Assembly: GCA_965218055.1 (NCBI GenBank)
Contig: CBDCKA010000001.1
Span: forward strand, 840,953-904,952
DNA from: Terriglobia bacterium
GTDB taxonomy: Bacteria; Acidobacteriota; Terriglobia; JAJPHL01; JAPKYU01
DNA: 64,000 nt
Direction: 5' to 3'
The position numbers were made by a program, and so were the translations under genes. Below are positions 31,029 to 40,844 of this stretch, piece by piece. The stretch's first letter is position 1. Each line of letters begins with the position of its first letter. Below the pieces are notes generated by a model, which did not search any database, was not told the origin of the DNA, and saw nothing but the letters and a program-made list of their open reading frames with translations.

Positions 31029-31136
31029 GTGAACCTCCTCGTACTACGCGTCCTGGGGGTAGGAGAATTATACCCAAAGAGAGCGCCACCCCGCTAAGCG
31101 ATGATTCGTGTCTTCTGGGGGTGGGCGGCAGGCATC

Positions 31137-31979
31137 TTACGCCCCCGTCTGGCGCTTGCGGTCGAGCAGCGTCGCAGCCGCCTCGGCCGCTTCCTTTACC
31201 AGGTAACCCATGCGCGAGTGCTGCGCTTCCAGGTCCACCTCCAGCCCGTATTCCCGCAAGCCAGTGCTGGCAGTGGGGCCAATGGAAGCAATCACCACAC
31301 GGCGGAACGCCTGCCGAAGCCCATCCGCCAGGCTCTCCCGTTCGGCAACTTGAAACAGATGAACCACCTGGACCACGTTGGTGAACAGCGCCAGGTCCAC
31401 CTCACCAGCGATGATAGAGCTGATGGCAGAGCGCAGCGGCCCCAAGTCCTCGGGCAAGGTCCAGCGGTAGACCGGGACACGGGTGACCGCAGCGCCTCGG
31501 GCTTCCAGTTCGCGCACTAGTTCCGCGTTAGGGACGCCGTATTCCTGTACGGCCACGTGGCGTCCTTCCAAGGGCAGTTCCGTCCGGCGCGCCTGCAGTG
31601 CGGTAACTATTTCGCGCCAGGTGTTGGGCTCGGGAGCGGCGACGGTAATCGGAACACCCATCTCTCGCAACACAGCAGTTGGTTTCGGCCCGCGCACGAC
31701 CACCGTCACGCGCTTCAGGGCAGCCACCAGCTCCTCTCGCGAATGGCGTCTCTCCAGCAACTCGAAGAGCGAGCGAGTTCCTACCCCCGTGAGGAAAATG
31801 ATCACTTGGTAGCGGCCAGCCAGCAGCTCCTCCCCGAAGGCCAGCGCTACAGGGTTTTCCCCAAGGGGAACTTCGCGCAGGGTCGGGGCAGAGATCGGGC
31901 GACCCCCTTTGGCGGCGATGAGCCGTGCGATCTCCTGCGCCCGGCGGCTCTCAAAGGAAACCACTCGCAGTCCGTTCAT
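31137..31979 (-). CDS. hemD: uroporphyrinogen-III synthase
   Basis: 280 aa. HEM4-family pattern (VVSFESRRAQEIARLI...IIFLTGVGTR). Confidence 0.78.
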   Translation of the reverse strand: MNGLRVVSFESRRAQEIARLIAAKGGRPISAPTLREVPLGENPVALAFGEELLAGRYQVIIFLTGVGTRSLFELLERRHSREELVAALKRVTVVVRGPKPTAVLREMGVPITVAAPEPNTWREIVTALQARRTELPLEGRHVAVQEYGVPNAELVRELEARGAAVTRVPVYRWTLPEDLGPLRSAISSIIAGEVDLALFTNVVQVVHLFQVAERESLADGLRQAFRRVVIASIGPTASTGLREYGLEVDLEAQHSRMGYLVKEAAEAAATLLDRKRQTGA

Positions 31980-32001
31980 CGGCTACCTTCCCTGCCCTGC
32001 C

Positions 32002-33462
32002 TCATACTCTAATGTAGCGCAAACAGTCGGCGGCCGCCGCCCGCCCGCTGCGAACGCAGTCGGAAATGCCCACACCCGATTCCCAGTTCCCGGCCAGAAA
32101 CAGCCCCGGATGGCGCCGCAAGCGCTGCTTGACTGCAGCCACCCGCTGCTGGTGTCCGAGGGTATATTGAGGCATGGAGCGAGGCCAGCGGTAGATGCGC
32201 ACAAACAGCGGCGCTTCGGCCAGCTCCAGAATGCTGTTCAGTTCTTCCCGCACCAACGCCACAACCTGGTCATCGTCCAGTTTCAGGACAGCCTCATCAC
32301 GGCTGCCGCCCAGGAAACAACGCAGCAGCGCGCGGTCCGGGGGAACCCGCGCGGGGAACTTAGTGTGGACAAATGTGCAAGCCAGCAGCCGTCGCCCCTC
32401 CTCGCGGGGCGCCAGGAAACCGAACCCCGGCGGAAGTTGCGCGCGGACGCGCGCCGGGTAGCCCAAGGCCACCGTCAGGGAGGAGGAGTACGGCGTGGCG
32501 GCCAATGGGGTGGCCAGTTCCCGGTCCAGCCCACGAATCAGCCGTGCCGATTCATGGCCCGGCACCGCCAGGACCAGCGCCTCGAAACCGGGGAAGATTC
32601 GCCCCTGTGCCACCAAGTCGTAGCTGCGCCGACCAGCCTGCTCGGTGACCTGAATTGCCGCCACCGGTGTCCGCAACTGCATTCTGGACCCGTGCTCCGC
32701 GTCTTCGAGGTGCGGCCGGATGGCCTCGACGAACTGCACCAGGCCGCCCCGCAGGGTCGAAAACAGCGGGCGCGGCGCCGGAGTTGGGACCGGGGGGCGC
32801 GCGTTCCTGCGCGCGCGCAGCACGGCGCGAATCAAGCTGCCATCCTGTAGCTCCATTTCGGCAAAACGGGGCAAGGTGGCCTGCACGCTCAGCTGTGCCG
32901 CGTCGCCACCGTAGACGCCCGCCAGTAGCGGGTCAGCGATGCGCTCCACCATGGCGCTGCCGAAGTGCCTACCGACGAAGCTGGCCACTGTCTCCTCGTG
33001 AGCGCGACGGCGCCCATGGAACAGCTCGCCCAGCATCCTAAGCTTTTGGCTCCACGGGATCAGGGGCGTAGTCACCATGGGCAGCAACTGCGTCGGAACC
33101 AGAAACTGCAACCCATCGGGCAGCGGGACCAGCTTCTGCCGGTGCAGGATATAGGTGCGGCGCGCGGAGTCATTTGAGCCCATGATGTCAGCGGCAATCC
33201 CCAGTTCCGTTGCCAGCTCAAAAGCCTGCGGTTTCTCGGTGAGAAACGAATCAGGACCGGCTTCGACGAGGCAGCCTTCCGCACGCTCGGTGCAGATGAC
33301 CCCGCCCAGCCGCGCGCTGCTCTCGAACAGGTGCTCTTCGACCGGCTGCCCCGCGGCACGGGCCACCGCCAGATCAAAGGCCGCGGCCAGTCCGGAAATG
33401 CCGCCGCCCACTACGGCCACCCGGTACCGCACGGTCTGTTCATTCTTCCGGATCGCGTCCAT
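32002..33462 (-). CDS. hemY: protoporphyrinogen/coproporphyrinogen III oxidase (HemY/CgoX family, FAD-dependent)
   Basis: Within ORF 32002..33492. Start MDAIRKNEQTVRYRVAVVGGGISGLAAA (FAD dinucleotide-binding fold). Confidence 0.85.
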   Translation of the reverse strand: MDAIRKNEQTVRYRVAVVGGGISGLAAAFDLAVARAAGQPVEEHLFESSARLGGVICTERAEGCLVEAGPDSFLTEKPQAFELATELGIAADIMGSNDSARRTYILHRQKLVPLPDGLQFLVPTQLLPMVTTPLIPWSQKLRMLGELFHGRRRAHEETVASFVGRHFGSAMVERIADPLLAGVYGGDAAQLSVQATLPRFAEMELQDGSLIRAVLRARRNARPPVPTPAPRPLFSTLRGGLVQFVEAIRPHLEDAEHGSRMQLRTPVAAIQVTEQAGRRSYDLVAQGRIFPGFEALVLAVPGHESARLIRGLDRELATPLAATPYSSSLTVALGYPARVRAQLPPGFGFLAPREEGRRLLACTFVHTKFPARVPPDRALLRCFLGGSRDEAVLKLDDDQVVALVREELNSILELAEAPLFVRIYRWPRSMPQYTLGHQQRVAAVKQRLRRHPGLFLAGNWESGVGISDCVRSGRAAAADCLRYIRV

Positions 33463-33567
33463 GTTCGTAAGGGGCTTCGGAAGGCCCTTCATACAACGAA
33501 ACGGGCAACGAAACGGGGAAGCCGGCTCGAACGCTCCATGTGTAACGCCTCCCGCTGCAACTTGGAA

Positions 33568-33870
33568 CTACTCTGGCAGAATTTCAGCGTCCAGGACCCG
33601 AGGCTGGTCGAGATAATGAGGCAGGGCAAATTCGGCCAGGAAACGCTCCACCTTGATAAACGCCCCGCGCCACTCGCCGGGCTGGTGCGGCTGATCGGCC
33701 GGGTGGCGGCACGGACCGCTGCTGCCGTACTGGTGACCAAAATCACTGCCGACAATCTCGTCGAACTGTTTCAGGCTCTCCCAGGCTTCATCGTCCACAG
33801 TACCACCGAGATCAATTTTTATGCTGATGGTCTGCAACTGCAGTGAACCCTTCACAGCTTCACTTTGCAA
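33568..33870 (-). CDS. hypothetical protein (weak call)
   Basis: 100-aa ORF filling the hemY to YVTN gap on the same strand. No family recognised. May be non-coding. Confidence 0.3.
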   Translation of the reverse strand: MQSEAVKGSLQLQTISIKIDLGGTVDDEAWESLKQFDEIVGSDFGHQYGSSGPCRHPADQPHQPGEWRGAFIKVERFLAEFALPHYLDQPRVLDAEILPE

Positions 33871-33882
33871 GGTACGAACCGG

Positions 33883-35853
33883 TTAGGGCTGGCAGGGTTC
33901 GACGTCGGTGTTGACTGCCAGGGTGGTGAAGGGAGGGCTGCTCACTCCTCCGATGGTGACAATGATGGGCACCGCCGGCCCTGAGGGGGGATTCTCATTC
34001 TCCTCGGGGATGCGGATGTTGATCTGCCACAGCCCAACGAAGCCGGGCGCAGCCCCGCTGAATTCCACAGTGACCGGAACGCCGCCCAGGGTGACCTGAG
34101 GCAACGTGGGGGTCTCCGACAGTGGGCTGGGGGGAGCGGGCTCGCCGGGAGGCAGCTCCGGCGTCAAAACTCCCTGGCCGGAGCCAAACAACTGCACCAC
34201 CGAGCCCGGTTCCGCCGGCTTGACGCCCGTTAGGCAGCCATCCACCGAGACCAGCGAACCATCTTCGTTGAGCGCCGCCACAGGCCCGAACCCGGTCTGG
34301 GCTCCAACGACCGCATCGTCTACCCCGTGGCTATTTGCGAAAAACGCAGTGAAGGTAGTCTCCGTGACCGATATGACTTTGACGACCTCGGCGTTCGTCC
34401 CTGAGCCAACCAAAAGGTATATGCCGGGGTAAATCCCGGCCATGCTAGCTGGCGCTATCGTGGCCAATCCCGAAGAAGCCACCGGCGTATTCAGGGTAGT
34501 GCTTACCACCGGCGATTGCGAAAAAAGGGCAGGACTGGCCACGCCCAGAATGAGCTCCCCTCGCAGCTGACTGCCGCCTGATGTGAAGACAACAAAGGAA
34601 ATAGTCCGCACTTCGCCCACCTGAAGGTCTTGCGCCAGTTCGGCGGGAATTTGGAAATTGATCTGGGTAGGCGAAACGAAAAACAGCGGCGCATTCAGCT
34701 CCGCGCCTCCGATCCCCTTCCCATCCCCACCCATTTCCAGGCGGACCCTGACACCCGCCAGCGTGTCGAGCAGGGGAAAGCCGGTGGCGACCTCGGTTTG
34801 GCTGGCCAAGTCAGTCCCAAAGCCGGAAACGATCATGCCGGGCGCAATGGAGCCGCCATGGAAGGCGGCCGCGTTGACTACCGTAAAGCTGCTGACCACG
34901 GGAATGTCTATGAGGGCGACGCTGTTGTTGGAGGGTAAAACCACTGCCGTCTGGCGCCCCCCCTGGTTGGTCGCCGCCGCGGTCGGCGCCGTTAGGCTGG
35001 CAACCTGCCCGATTATCTGGCTGGTGTTTAAATCCAGAAGTACCGCCTGATTGGTGGTGTTACTAGAGATGACAGCCGTATTGGTACGGATGTGGATAGC
35101 GACCCCCTGCGGAGACCCAATGGGGACTTCTTCGATCTGCCCGGTACCCAACTTCACGATGGAAATGCTGTTCCCATTGGCATTGCACACCACGGCCACG
35201 TTGGTGACGGGATTGACGGCCACGGCCACCGGGGACGCTCCGACCGTCAGAGTACCGACGACGCGCGCCTCCGCCAGATCCACCAGAATAATGCTGTTCT
35301 GCGCCGGGCTGGCCACCACCGCCACGTTGGTGGCGCTGTTGACCGCCACCGCCTGTACGGCGCCCGACAGCACAGCGCCCGGCAGCACCGGTACGTCGGG
35401 AATGGTGCCCACCACGGCTATGGGAGTGTTCAAGTCAATCAGGGACAGGGAGTCGCTACCGGAATTGGAGACTACCGCGATATGGGTGCTGCTGTTGATG
35501 TCCACGCTCAGGGGCCTGCTTTCGACCGGAACGCGGGTGACAACCTGTAGGGTGGCCAAGTCAATCACCGTGACCTCGTTGCTTTCCGAACTAGCCACCA
35601 CGGCCAGGCCCAACTGGTCGTCCACGGCCACCCCACCCGCCGTAGACACCGATTCTCCCAGCGTGCGCAACTCGAGACTAGCCAGGTCGAGCACGCTCAC
35701 CGAGTTGTCGGCGAAACTACCCACAATGAGCTGATTCCCCGACGGGTAAAAAGCCACACCGCGGGGTACCGCACCAACGGGAATCTGCTGCGCTTCTTGC
35801 GCAAGAGCCGACACACTCGCCAGCGCCAGAAAGCAGCAAGCCAGGATCCTCAT
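33883..35853 (-). CDS. secreted YVTN beta-propeller protein with two C-terminal 'Solibacter-type' uncharacterised C-terminal domains
   Basis: Within ORF 33883..35889 (TTG). ATG at 35853 gives the signal peptide MRILACCFLALASVSALA. Repeated ~40-residue units (VAVNPVTNVAVV...), then two copies of the pattern AAAFHGGSIAPGMIVSGFG...FFVSPTQINFQIP, resembling TIGR03437-type domains. Confidence 0.75.
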   Translation of the reverse strand: MRILACCFLALASVSALAQEAQQIPVGAVPRGVAFYPSGNQLIVGSFADNSVSVLDLASLELRTLGESVSTAGGVAVDDQLGLAVVASSESNEVTVIDLATLQVVTRVPVESRPLSVDINSSTHIAVVSNSGSDSLSLIDLNTPIAVVGTIPDVPVLPGAVLSGAVQAVAVNSATNVAVVASPAQNSIILVDLAEARVVGTLTVGASPVAVAVNPVTNVAVVCNANGNSISIVKLGTGQIEEVPIGSPQGVAIHIRTNTAVISSNTTNQAVLLDLNTSQIIGQVASLTAPTAAATNQGGRQTAVVLPSNNSVALIDIPVVSSFTVVNAAAFHGGSIAPGMIVSGFGTDLASQTEVATGFPLLDTLAGVRVRLEMGGDGKGIGGAELNAPLFFVSPTQINFQIPAELAQDLQVGEVRTISFVVFTSGGSQLRGELILGVASPALFSQSPVVSTTLNTPVASSGLATIAPASMAGIYPGIYLLVGSGTNAEVVKVISVTETTFTAFFANSHGVDDAVVGAQTGFGPVAALNEDGSLVSVDGCLTGVKPAEPGSVVQLFGSGQGVLTPELPPGEPAPPSPLSETPTLPQVTLGGVPVTVEFSGAAPGFVGLWQINIRIPEENENPPSGPAVPIIVTIGGVSSPPFTTLAVNTDVEPCQP

Positions 35854-36089
35854 AGCAGCTATTTTGACCTGCCCAACCAGCGCGGACAAGGACGAAAACG
35901 GGCGGCAGGTGAATTACTTTGGCACACTGGCGCCGAACGCCCGGCACTAGGTGGACGGGGCGGCCTCCTCGATTCCATGAGCCGGCAGCAGAGTGATTCG
36001 ATAACGGGCGCGACCGGCGCCCCATCCCGCCTCGTGGAGCAAGCCAGGCAGCGAACCCGCTCGGGAGCCCTAAAATCTCACTCAAATCT

Positions 36090-36178
36090 TTACGAATAAA
36101 AATTTTCGATGGGGGTCATCGGAACGTTCGATTGGCCAGGACACCCCGCCTGTGGTCAACTGTGTAGCCTGAGCGCGA
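36090..36178 (+). promoter_or_regulatory. conserved ~85-nt cis element upstream of PII gene (copy 1)
   Basis: ttacgaataaaaattttcgatgggggtcatcGGAACGTTCgattggccaggacaccccgcctgtggtcaactgtgtagcct. About 85% identical to 37585..37662 upstream of amtB. Contains the palindrome GAACGTTC. Confidence 0.4.
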
Positions 36179-36203
36179 GCGCGTTTGCGGCGCTGGATCA
36201 TAG

Positions 36204-36554
<351 letters not shown>

Positions 36555-36815
36555 CGCTTTTTAACTGTTCTGCGGACAGCCTCAAATCGGCAGCGCTGCT
36601 TTTTGACCGCTGCGCTGGGGCGGCCCTGTGCCCGATGCCCGTGTTTTGTTTCTAGCTCTACTTTCCACACTGGCATAATTGCATAATTATTCCTCATAAT
36701 AGGAAAACCTAATCACGCCGATTCAAAAAACCGTCTTGCTTCGCGCTCCAATTATTCCGTAACGTTAGAGATGACAAACACAAGAGTCGTCACATGAACA
36801 TTAAGGAGACTGACA

Positions 36816-37580
36816 ATGGCAAAACTTTTGGTCCTGGTTTTGGTGGTGCTGGGGACGGTCCCCGCTGCCTGGGCTGGCGAACCAGCTGAGGCTGTGAGCG
36901 AAGCGCCAGCAGAGGACGAAAAGCCTTGGAGTCTGTCTTTCGACAGCACGTTCGTAAACAAGTATATCTGGCGCGGCCAAAACCTGAACAACAACGCGTC
37001 GTTCCAACCCGGAATGTCGTTCAGTTACAAGAACCTCACGATATCTTCGTGGAGTCAATTCTCGCACACGAGCTTTGGCGATAGCGGTGTGGCCGGTAAC
37101 CACTGGACCGAGCATGACCTCACTGTTGACTACGGCTTTGCGCTCAGCGAAAAGTTGTCTTTGAACGTGGGCTGGATTAATTATGCGTTTCCGAACCTGG
37201 GAGAGGACCGCTACACGAACGAGTTCTACGCCGGCATCAGCGCCGACACGATTCTCCAGCCGAGCTTCAGCATCTACGGTGACCCGCATCAGGGCGAAGG
37301 CCTCTACTACAACCTCGGCATCGGTCATGGCCTGGACCTGGGCAACGGCTTCGGTCTCAGCTTGTCAGCTGCGGCCGGTCTGAACCAGGGCCAGTGGATC
37401 GACATCACGACGGTTTCCGATGTTGTGCTCGGGGTCGGCCTAGACATTCCGGTCAGCGATAACGTCACATTGTCCCCGTTCTGGAACTACATCACGGGCA
37501 ATGACAGCCTGAGAAGGGGGCCGGACGGGTTCTTCTTCAGCGGTCACCTTGCAGGGGCGAATCTGAACATCAGTTACTAA
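36816..37580 (+). CDS. predicted outer-membrane beta-barrel protein (copy 1), genetically linked to PII/AmtB
   Basis: 254 aa. Signal peptide MAKLLVLVLVVLGTVPAAWA. Alternating amphipathic beta-strands ending in an aromatic residue (..ANLNISY). 80-90% identical to 39685..40443. Confidence 0.7.
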   Translation: MAKLLVLVLVVLGTVPAAWAGEPAEAVSEAPAEDEKPWSLSFDSTFVNKYIWRGQNLNNNASFQPGMSFSYKNLTISSWSQFSHTSFGDSGVAGNHWTEHDLTVDYGFALSEKLSLNVGWINYAFPNLGEDRYTNEFYAGISADTILQPSFSIYGDPHQGEGLYYNLGIGHGLDLGNGFGLSLSAAAGLNQGQWIDITTVSDVVLGVGLDIPVSDNVTLSPFWNYITGNDSLRRGPDGFFFSGHLAGANLNISY

Positions 37581-37584
37581 TCCC

Positions 37585-37662
37585 CATTCGCGGATAAGAA
37601 TCTCTGATGGCTGTCATCCGAAGGTTCGATTTGCCAGGACACCCCGCCCGTGGTTAACTGCG
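37585..37662 (+). promoter_or_regulatory. conserved ~85-nt cis element upstream of amtB (copy 2)
   Basis: ttcgcggataagaatctctgatggctgtcatccGAAGGTTCgatttgccaggacaccccgcccgtggttaactgcgttgcct. Paralogous to 36090..36178. Confidence 0.4.
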
Positions 37663-37691
37663 TTGCCTAACAATTTGCAGGGGGGAGAACG

Positions 37692-39038
37692 ATGAAGAAA
37701 CGAATTGCAACTCTTCCGCTTTGGGTGGCCGTCGCTGCTCCGGCGCTGCTGGGACAGGAGGCGCCCGATATGGCCCAGCTCCAGGCAGAGATAGCCGCTG
37801 CTCAGTCGGCCGGCGACAACGCCTGGATGTTGGTGTGTTGCGCCCTGGTGCTGATGATGACCGGGCCTGGCCTGCTGTTGTTCTACGGCGGCCTAGTGCG
37901 CAGGAAGAACGTGCTGGGCACCATGATGCAGTGCTTCATTCTCATGGCGGTGATCAGCGTGCTCTGGGCCGTGGTCGGCTACAGTCTTGCCTTCGCGGAA
38001 GGAAACGTGTTTGTGGGCGGCTTGGATCATGTGTTTCTCCGTGGCGTGGGCATGGAACCCAGCGGCTACGCCGGCACCATTCCTCATTACACCTTCATGT
38101 TGTTTCAGCTCATGTTTGCGATCATCACTCCGGCGCTGATCACCGGGGCCTTCGCCGAGCGCATGAAGTTCAGCGCCATGCTGCTGTTCATGGTGCTCTG
38201 GTCGCTGGTTGTCTACGCCCCGCTGGCTCACATGGTGTGGGGCAGTGGCGGGCTGCTGGGCTGGGGAGGGACGATCCCGGCGTTCGACTTTGCCGGCGGG
38301 ACGGTGGTCCACATCTCTTCCGGCGTTTCGGCGCTGGTCTGCGCGCTGTACCTGAAGGGCCGGCTGGGCTACGGGAAGGTGCCGATGCCGCCGCACAGCG
38401 TGGTGTTGAGTATCATCGGCGCTTGCCTGCTGTGGGTGGGCTGGTTCGGATTCAACGCGGGCAGCGCGCTGAACGCCGGAGGCTTGAGTGCGAGCGCCTT
38501 TGCCGCAACGCACTTCGCCACCGCCGCCGCCGTCCTGGGCTGGGTGCTTGCCGAATGGTTGCGCAACGGCAAGCCCGGCGTGTTGGGCGCCATTACCGGG
38601 GCCGTAGCCGGCCTGGTGGCGATCACCCCGGCCGCCGGCTTCGTGACCCCCATGGCAGCCATCTTTATTGGCTTCAGCGCCGGGGTGATCTGCTACCTGT
38701 TTGTCGGAATTCTCAAGCACCGCCTGGGCTACGATGACTCGCTGGACGCCTTCGGCGTGCACGGCGTTGGCGGCACGCTCGGCGCCCTGCTCACCGGGGT
38801 GTTCGCCACCACGGCTGTCAATGCCGACCTGCCACATGGCGGCCTGGTGGACGGCAACCCCGCCCAGATTCTCAACCAGGCCGGCGCCGTGCTGATCACC
38901 TGGGCGTTGGCAGCCGTCGGAACCTTGATTCTGCTCAAGGTGGTGGACCTGCTGATAGGAGTCCGTGTCTCGGAAGCGGATGAAGTGCAGGGTTTGGATA
39001 TTACCCAGCACGGCGAGCAGGGCTACGTCATGGAATAA
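37692..39038 (+). CDS. amtB: ammonium transporter
   Basis: 448 aa. Signal peptide plus 11 TM helices. Amt/MEP motifs (DFAGGTVVH, FGFNAGSAL). Confidence 0.95.
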   Translation: MKKRIATLPLWVAVAAPALLGQEAPDMAQLQAEIAAAQSAGDNAWMLVCCALVLMMTGPGLLLFYGGLVRRKNVLGTMMQCFILMAVISVLWAVVGYSLAFAEGNVFVGGLDHVFLRGVGMEPSGYAGTIPHYTFMLFQLMFAIITPALITGAFAERMKFSAMLLFMVLWSLVVYAPLAHMVWGSGGLLGWGGTIPAFDFAGGTVVHISSGVSALVCALYLKGRLGYGKVPMPPHSVVLSIIGACLLWVGWFGFNAGSALNAGGLSASAFAATHFATAAAVLGWVLAEWLRNGKPGVLGAITGAVAGLVAITPAAGFVTPMAAIFIGFSAGVICYLFVGILKHRLGYDDSLDAFGVHGVGGTLGALLTGVFATTAVNADLPHGGLVDGNPAQILNQAGAVLITWALAAVGTLILLKVVDLLIGVRVSEADEVQGLDITQHGEQGYVME

Positions 39039-39089
39039 ACCTATGCGCCGGCCGGCACTCAAGGGGGCTAAGCCGGCGCTGCATCGTAG

Positions 39090-39440
<351 letters not shown>

Positions 39441-39684
39441 CGCTTTTTAACTGTCCTGCCGCCAAACGTTAGGGTAACGCTCTGAATAGACTTCGTTCCG
39501 CGCCCGAAGCCCGTGTTTTCTATTTAGCTACCTCCAAAAACGCAGGTAATATGGTATTTTCTGGTCATAATAGCAACGCCTGGTCCCATAATTAACAGGA
39601 CACTATTACTTTTACACCACTTTTTACTTAATATTGGAGATTTCGCACAAAGGCTCTATCTAATGAGGTTGGAGGAGAAGAGTT

Positions 39685-40443
39685 ATGAAGCTGATCCCTT
39701 GGGTCATGGCATTGGTGGCCATTACAGTCACTGTGAGCGCCGCAGATTTGCTGGGGCAAGACGCCACACCGGCGCAGGCCGACAAACCCTGGAGCCTGTC
39801 CTTCGACGCCACGTTCGTAAATAAGTATATCTGGCGCGGCCAAAACCTGAACAACAACGCATCCCTCCAGCCCGGACTGGCTTTCACTTACAAGAACCTC
39901 ACGGTTTCTTCGTGGAGTCAATTCTCGCATACAGGCTTCGGCGATAGCGGCGTGGCCGGCAACCACTGGACCGAGCATGACTTCACTGTTGACTACGGCT
40001 TTGCGCTCAGCGAGAAGATCTCTGTGAACGTAGGCTGGATTAATTACGCGTTTCCGAATTTGCAGGATGGCCGCTACACCAACGAGTTCTACGGGGGCAT
40101 CAGCGCCGACACGATTCTCCAGCCGAGCTTCAGCATCTACGTTGACCCGCATCAGGGAGACGGCGTCTACTACAACCTCGGCATCGGTCATGGTCTGGAC
40201 CTGGGCAAAGGCTTTGGTCTCGGTTTGTCAGCTTCGGCTGGCCTGAACCAGGGCCAGTGGATCGACATCACGACGGTTTCCGATGTGGTGCTCGGGGTCA
40301 GCCTAGACGTTCCGGTCAGCGACAACGTCACGTTGTCCCCGTTCTGGAACTACATTACGGGCAATGATAGCCTGAGGACGGGACCGGACGCGTTCTACTT
40401 CAGCGGCCACATCGCGGGGGTGAATCTGAACATCAGCCACTAA
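39685..40443 (+). CDS. predicted outer-membrane beta-barrel protein (copy 2)
   Basis: 252 aa. Signal peptide MKLIPWVMALVAITVTVSA. Paralogue of 36816..37580. Preceded by an AT-rich 245-bp spacer. Confidence 0.7.
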   Translation: MKLIPWVMALVAITVTVSAADLLGQDATPAQADKPWSLSFDATFVNKYIWRGQNLNNNASLQPGLAFTYKNLTVSSWSQFSHTGFGDSGVAGNHWTEHDFTVDYGFALSEKISVNVGWINYAFPNLQDGRYTNEFYGGISADTILQPSFSIYVDPHQGDGVYYNLGIGHGLDLGKGFGLGLSASAGLNQGQWIDITTVSDVVLGVSLDVPVSDNVTLSPFWNYITGNDSLRTGPDAFYFSGHIAGVNLNISH

Positions 40444-40844
40444 TCTCCTCCACTGTATTTCTCCTCCACCGCATAGATCAACATGATCCTGGCCGGCCTG
40501 ATCTTAACCTTCTCTTCGCCCCGTTAGGCGGCCGCACAGTGGCCGACTGTGGCGGTGACATCCTCAGGTTGGTGCTGGCCGCTGAGCTGAAAGCAGCCCA
40601 CACGAACGGGGTTGCCTGCCGACCCAGAGACGGCTGGACGCGCGTTTGCAGACCTGTATCCCACCATTGCCTCCCCGCTTGATTCCTGCAAAGCGTGGGA
40701 TAGTGTAAGATAAGATTGGCTTTTTGTGAGCCAACTCCAGCTGGTGCAGGTCTGCCAGCAGCGCGGACGCAGTGCGAATTATGCCTTCGCTTGCTTTGCG
40801 GCCATGGAAGGACAGGTAGTCGAACTCTAGGGAAACACCGTCTC

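Noticed and set aside
36140-36175. Sigma-54 (-24/-12) promoter inside the conserved nitrogen-operon element (TGGTCAactgtgtaGCc)
   Set aside because: GG-to-GC spacing is 11 nt in both copies instead of the invariant 10, and the -12 element does not read TTGCW.
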